IMG/VR virus record: IMGVR_UViG_2534681772_000017
Length of the DNA stretch: 27,716 nt
DNA from: a virus
Lineage: Duplodnaviria; Heunggongvirae; Uroviricota; Caudoviricetes
Strand: one strand, 5' to 3'
Shown: in pieces, positions 23,620-27,716 of the stretch
How the letters are laid out: every line of letters begins with the position of its first letter
How positions within the stretch are numbered: position 1 is the first letter of the stretch
Position numbers and translations under genes: made by a program
The notes under the pieces: generated by a model
Database searches by the model: none
The model's input: the letters and a program-made list of their open reading frames with translations, nothing else
What the model was told of the DNA's origin: nothing

Positions 23620-26053
23620 TAACCTGAGACTTGAGGTGTTGCTGAAAGCGGTCGACCAGGCGACCCGACCGCTTAAATCCATCCAGACCGCGAGTAAATC
23701 CCTGTCGGGTGATATTCGCAACACACAAAAAGGGCTGCGTGACCTGAACGGTCAGGCGTCGAAAATCGACGGCTTTCGTAAGGCAAGCGCGCAACTGGCC
23801 GTAACCAGTCAGGCGCTTGACAAGGCGAAGCGCGAAGCCGGTGAGCTGGCCGTGCAGTTTAAAAACTCCACCAGTCCGACCCGCGCGCAGGCGCAGGCAC
23901 TCGAAGCGGCAAAGCGTGCCGCCTCTGAGCTGCAGACGAAATACAACAGCCTGAGAACGTCGGTACAGCGACAGCGCTCCGAACTGATGCAGGCAGGTAT
24001 TAACACCCGCACCCTGTCTGCCGATGAGCGTCGGCTCAAAACCTCCATCAGCGAAACGACGGCGCAGCTTAATCGACAGCGTGAGGCACTGGCGCGCGTC
24101 AGTGCGCAGCAGGCGAAATTAAGCCGCGTGAAAGAGCGATATAAATCAGGGAAAGAGCTTGCCGGTAACATGGCCGCAGCCGGTGCTGCCGGGGTCGGTA
24201 TCGCGACAGCGGGAACGATGGCCGGGGTTAAATTACTGATGCCCGGTTATGACTTTGCGCAGAAAAATTCCGAGCTGCAGGCCGTGCTCGGGGTCGATAA
24301 GCAGTCGCCAGAAATGGAAGCGCTACGCAAACAGGCGCGCCAGCTCGGCGACAATACTGCCGCCTCTGCCGATGATGCCGCCAGTGCGCAGATTATTATC
24401 GCAAAAGGCGGTGGTGATGCTGAAGCTATTGCGGCCATGACGCCTGTGACTCTCAACCTGTCACTTGCGAACAGAAAAACAATGGAGGAAAACGCGCAAC
24501 TATTGATGGGGACAAAAGCCGCCTTTCAGCTTTCTAATGACGCGGCTGTACATATCGGTGATGTTCTTTCAACAACGATGAACAAAACCACCGCTGATTT
24601 TCAGGGGCTAAGCGACTCATTAAGCTACCTTGCCCCTGTTGCTAAAAATGCCGGGGTGAGTCTTGAACAAGCGGCGGCGATAACCGGCACACTTCACGAT
24701 AATAACATTAGGGGGTCAATGGCTGGGACGGGCGGCGCGGCTGTTATAACGAGACTACAGGCACCGACAGGCAAAGCATATGATGCCCTCAAAGAGTTGG
24801 GTGTTAAAACCTCGGACAGAAAAGGCAATACGCGCCCATTATTTACCATCCTGAAAGAAATGCAGGCCAGTTTTGAGCGCAACAAGCTCGGCACTGGTCA
24901 GAAAGCTGAATATGTGAAAACCATATTCGGCGAGGAGGCTATGAAATCCGCAAGTGTGCTGATGGCGGCAGCGGCCAGCGGAAAACTAGATAAACTCACC
25001 GCGACGATAAAAGCCTCGGACGGTAAAACCGAGGAACTGGTCAAGGTTATGCAGGATAACCTCGGCGGCGACTTCAAGGAGTTCCAGTCAGCGTATGAGG
25101 CGGTCGGCACTGACCTCTATGACCAGCAAGATAGTTCATTGCGCAAACTTACCCAAACCGCCACACAGTATGTGTTAAAACTCGACAACTGGATCAAAGA
25201 TAACAAGGAGTTGGCAGAAACTATCGGCATCATTGCCGGTGGCGCGCTGGCGCTGATTGGTATCATTGGCGGCATTGGTCTCGTTGCGTGGCCGGTTGTC
25301 ATGGGGATTAACGCAATTATCGCCGCTGCTGGAGTGTTGGGTACGGTCTTTACTGTTGCTGGTAGTGCCATTGTGACAGCGCTCGGTGCGATTACCTGGC
25401 CGATTGTGGCCGTCGGTGCGGCGATTGTGGCCGGGGCGCTACTCATCCGCAAATACTGGGAGCCCATCAGCGCATTTTTCTCGGGGGTGATTGAGGGCAT
25501 CATGAGCGCGTTTGCACCGGTCGGGGAAATGTTCGCTCCATTAGCCCCAATCTTTGACGGACTCGGCGAGAAGCTGCGCGGCGTCTGGCAATGGTTTAAA
25601 GACCTGATTGCGCCGGTCAAGGCCACGCAGGAGACGCTTGATAGCTGCAAAAATGTCGGTGTCATATTTGGTCAGGCACTGGCCGATGCGCTGATGTTGC
25701 CTCTGAATATTTTCAATAAGCTGCGTGGTGGTCTCGATGTAATTCTCGAAAAGCTCGGCCTTGTTAAAAAGGAATCGAGCAGTATTGATACGGAAACAGC
25801 AAAAACGCCGCCGGTTGGTCAGGGTGGAGGGTATATTCCGACAACCAGCTCGCTTGGTGGGTATCAGGCTTATCAGCCTGTCACGGCTCCCGCTGGTCGT
25901 ACCTATATTGACCAGAGCAGCCCAACCTATCAAATCAACCTGCCGGGTGGCGGCGCGCCGGGTGGTCAATTGGGTAACCAGTTGCAGGATGCGTTAGAAA
26001 AATATGAACGCGACAAGCGAGCCAAAGCCCGCGCTAGCATGATGCACGATTAA
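23612..26053 (+). CDS. T: Tail tape measure protein (P2 gpT)
   Basis: 813 aa (P2 T is about 815). Coiled-coil-rich N-terminal half, a long hydrophobic Gly/Ala/Ile segment (IGIIAGGALALIGIIGG...AIVAGALLI) and a conserved position after E/E'. Confidence 0.95.
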   Translation: MSNNLRLEVLLKAVDQATRPLKSIQTASKSLSGDIRNTQKGLRDLNGQASKIDGFRKASAQLAVTSQALDKAKREAGELAVQFKNSTSPTRAQAQALEAAKRAASELQTKYNSLRTSVQRQRSELMQAGINTRTLSADERRLKTSISETTAQLNRQREALARVSAQQAKLSRVKERYKSGKELAGNMAAAGAAGVGIATAGTMAGVKLLMPGYDFAQKNSELQAVLGVDKQSPEMEALRKQARQLGDNTAASADDAASAQIIIAKGGGDAEAIAAMTPVTLNLSLANRKTMEENAQLLMGTKAAFQLSNDAAVHIGDVLSTTMNKTTADFQGLSDSLSYLAPVAKNAGVSLEQAAAITGTLHDNNIRGSMAGTGGAAVITRLQAPTGKAYDALKELGVKTSDRKGNTRPLFTILKEMQASFERNKLGTGQKAEYVKTIFGEEAMKSASVLMAAAASGKLDKLTATIKASDGKTEELVKVMQDNLGGDFKEFQSAYEAVGTDLYDQQDSSLRKLTQTATQYVLKLDNWIKDNKELAETIGIIAGGALALIGIIGGIGLVAWPVVMGINAIIAAAGVLGTVFTVAGSAIVTALGAITWPIVAVGAAIVAGALLIRKYWEPISAFFSGVIEGIMSAFAPVGEMFAPLAPIFDGLGEKLRGVWQWFKDLIAPVKATQETLDSCKNVGVIFGQALADALMLPLNIFNKLRGGLDVILEKLGLVKKESSSIDTETAKTPPVGQGGGYIPTTSSLGGYQAYQPVTAPAGRTYIDQSSPTYQINLPGGGAPGGQLGNQLQDALEKYERDKRAKARASMMHD

Positions 26054-26064
26054 GGAGGCTGATA

Positions 26065-26550
26065 ATGATGCTTGCTCTTGGAATGTTTGTGTTTGAACGT
26101 CGCACCCTGCCTTATCAGTCGATGCAGCACTCGAAGAATTACCGCTGGGCGTCTAATGACCGGGTCGGCAAACCGCCTGCGTATCAGTTTCTCGGCGAGG
26201 GTGAAAACGCGATCCAGCTTGCCGGTACGCTTTATCCTGCCATTACTGGCGGTCGTATATCTCTGCTGGCTGTCGAACTGATGGCCGACGAGGGCAGAGC
26301 GTGGCCGCTGATTGAGGGAACCGGCAATATCTTCGGGATGTATATCGTCGAGACGGTGTCGACCACGCATACCGAGTTTTTCAGCGACGGCGCGGCCAGA
26401 AAGATTGATTTCACCCTTTCGCTGAAACGGGTCGACGAATCACTGACGGCAATGTTTGGCGACCTGAATAAGCAGGCCAGTGAGCTTCTCGGTTCTGCCG
26501 GTAATCTGACTGATAAGCTGCAGGGTGCGCTCGGAGGGCTGACCGCATGA
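26065..26550 (+). CDS. U: Tail protein U (P2 gpU)
   Basis: 161 aa with SD AAGGAGG. Position between T and D. Confidence 0.9.
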   Translation: MMLALGMFVFERRTLPYQSMQHSKNYRWASNDRVGKPPAYQFLGEGENAIQLAGTLYPAITGGRISLLAVELMADEGRAWPLIEGTGNIFGMYIVETVSTTHTEFFSDGAARKIDFTLSLKRVDESLTAMFGDLNKQASELLGSAGNLTDKLQGALGGLTA

Positions 26551-27716
26551 TTACGGGCATGACCATTGACGCCGGTGCCAGCCTTGCACCGGCATTTATG
26601 CTGACGCTGAACAGCCAGGACATTACCAGCAATTTTAGTGACCGGCTGATTTCTCTCACCATGACCGACAACAGGGGCTTTGAGGCTGACCAGCTCGACA
26701 TTGAGCTCGACGATACCGACGGCAAAGTCGAGTTGCCCCTGCGCGGGGCGGTGCTGACGCTGTGGCTTGGCTGGCAGGGTTCGGCACTTCTGAATAAGGG
26801 CGATTTCACGGTCGATGAGATTGAGCACCGGGGCGCGCCTGATACCCTGACCATTCGGGCGCGTAGTGCAGATTTTCGCGGAACACTCAATTCACGGCGT
26901 GAAGAGTCATGGCATGACACCACCCTCGGTGAGCTGGTTAGTACCATTGCAAAGCGCAATAAACTGACGGCTAGTGTCGCGGATTCACTGAAAAAAATAC
27001 CGGTACCGCATATCGACCAGTCGCAGGAGTCCGACGCCGTATTTCTGACCCGGCTGGCTGACCGCAACGGGGCAGCGGTGTCAGTGAAAGCGGGTAAGCT
27101 CCTGTTTCTGAAAGCCGGTAGTGCAATGACCGCCAGCGGCAAGCCCGTCCCGCAAATGACCCTGACCCGCAGCGATGGCGACCGTCATCAGTTTGCCATT
27201 GCTGACCGCGGGGCTTACACCGGCGTAACAGCAAAATGGTTGCACACCAAAGACCCGAAGCCGCAAAAGCAAAAAGTGACGCTGAAACGTAAGCCAAAAG
27301 AGAAGCACCTGCGCGCACTGGAGCATCCGAAAGCAAAGCCGGTCAGCAAAAAGACAAAGGCCAAAAAAGAGCCGGAAGCGCGTGAGGGTGAGTATATGGC
27401 CGGTGAGGCTGATAACGTGCTGGCGCTGACGACGGTCTACGCATCAAAGGCGCAGGCGATGCGCGCAGCTCAGGCTAAATGGGATAAGCTGCAGCGAGGC
27501 GTTGCGGAGTTTTCAATTACGCTGGCACTTGGTAGGGCTGATTTATTCCCTGAGGTACCGGTGCGCGTGTCGGGCTTTAAGCGCGTCATAGACGAGCAAT
27601 CTTGGTTAATCAGTAAGGTGACTCACAATCTGAATAATAGCGGCTTCACGACGGGCTTAGAGCTTGAGGTTAAACTGTCTGATGTGGAGTACAGCTCAGA
27701 GGAAAGCAAAGATTGA
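26547..27716 (+). CDS. D: Tail protein D (P2 gpD, late-control / baseplate hub-like)
   Basis: 389 aa (P2 D is about 387). ATGA overlap with U. Ends at the last base of the window. Confidence 0.93.
   Translation: MITGMTIDAGASLAPAFMLTLNSQDITSNFSDRLISLTMTDNRGFEADQLDIELDDTDGKVELPLRGAVLTLWLGWQGSALLNKGDFTVDEIEHRGAPDTLTIRARSADFRGTLNSRREESWHDTTLGELVSTIAKRNKLTASVADSLKKIPVPHIDQSQESDAVFLTRLADRNGAAVSVKAGKLLFLKAGSAMTASGKPVPQMTLTRSDGDRHQFAIADRGAYTGVTAKWLHTKDPKPQKQKVTLKRKPKEKHLRALEHPKAKPVSKKTKAKKEPEAREGEYMAGEADNVLALTTVYASKAQAMRAAQAKWDKLQRGVAEFSITLALGRADLFPEVPVRVSGFKRVIDEQSWLISKVTHNLNNSGFTTGLELEVKLSDVEYSSEESKD

Overview
The window is almost entirely one P2/186-family (Peduoviridae-like) temperate prophage, read from its integrase end through tail gene D. 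Calls rest on reading the supplied ORF translations against remembered P2/186 protein families and on motifs visible in the DNA; no database search was run. Order: leftward int, an AT-rich signal-peptide gene and a 186-type CI repressor; rightward apl/cox-like, cII-like, small early genes and the gene A replication initiator; a LexA-box promoter driving a tum/DinI-like module; the cos region; then the late genes Q and P (leftward) and O N M L X, lysis cassette, R S V W J I H G, FI FII E/E' T U D (rightward). The ogr/B activator and attR lie beyond the right edge. No large unexplained ORF or recognisable defence system is present; both classical P2 cargo hotspots (A-to-Q and G-to-FI) are empty. 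The most unusual items are a CI repressor with a tandemly duplicated DNA-binding domain, the signal-peptide gene between int and cI, an in-frame TAG splitting the tum/DinI-like gene behind a perfect LexA box, and a P1-Lyz-type cysteine-caged SAR endolysin.
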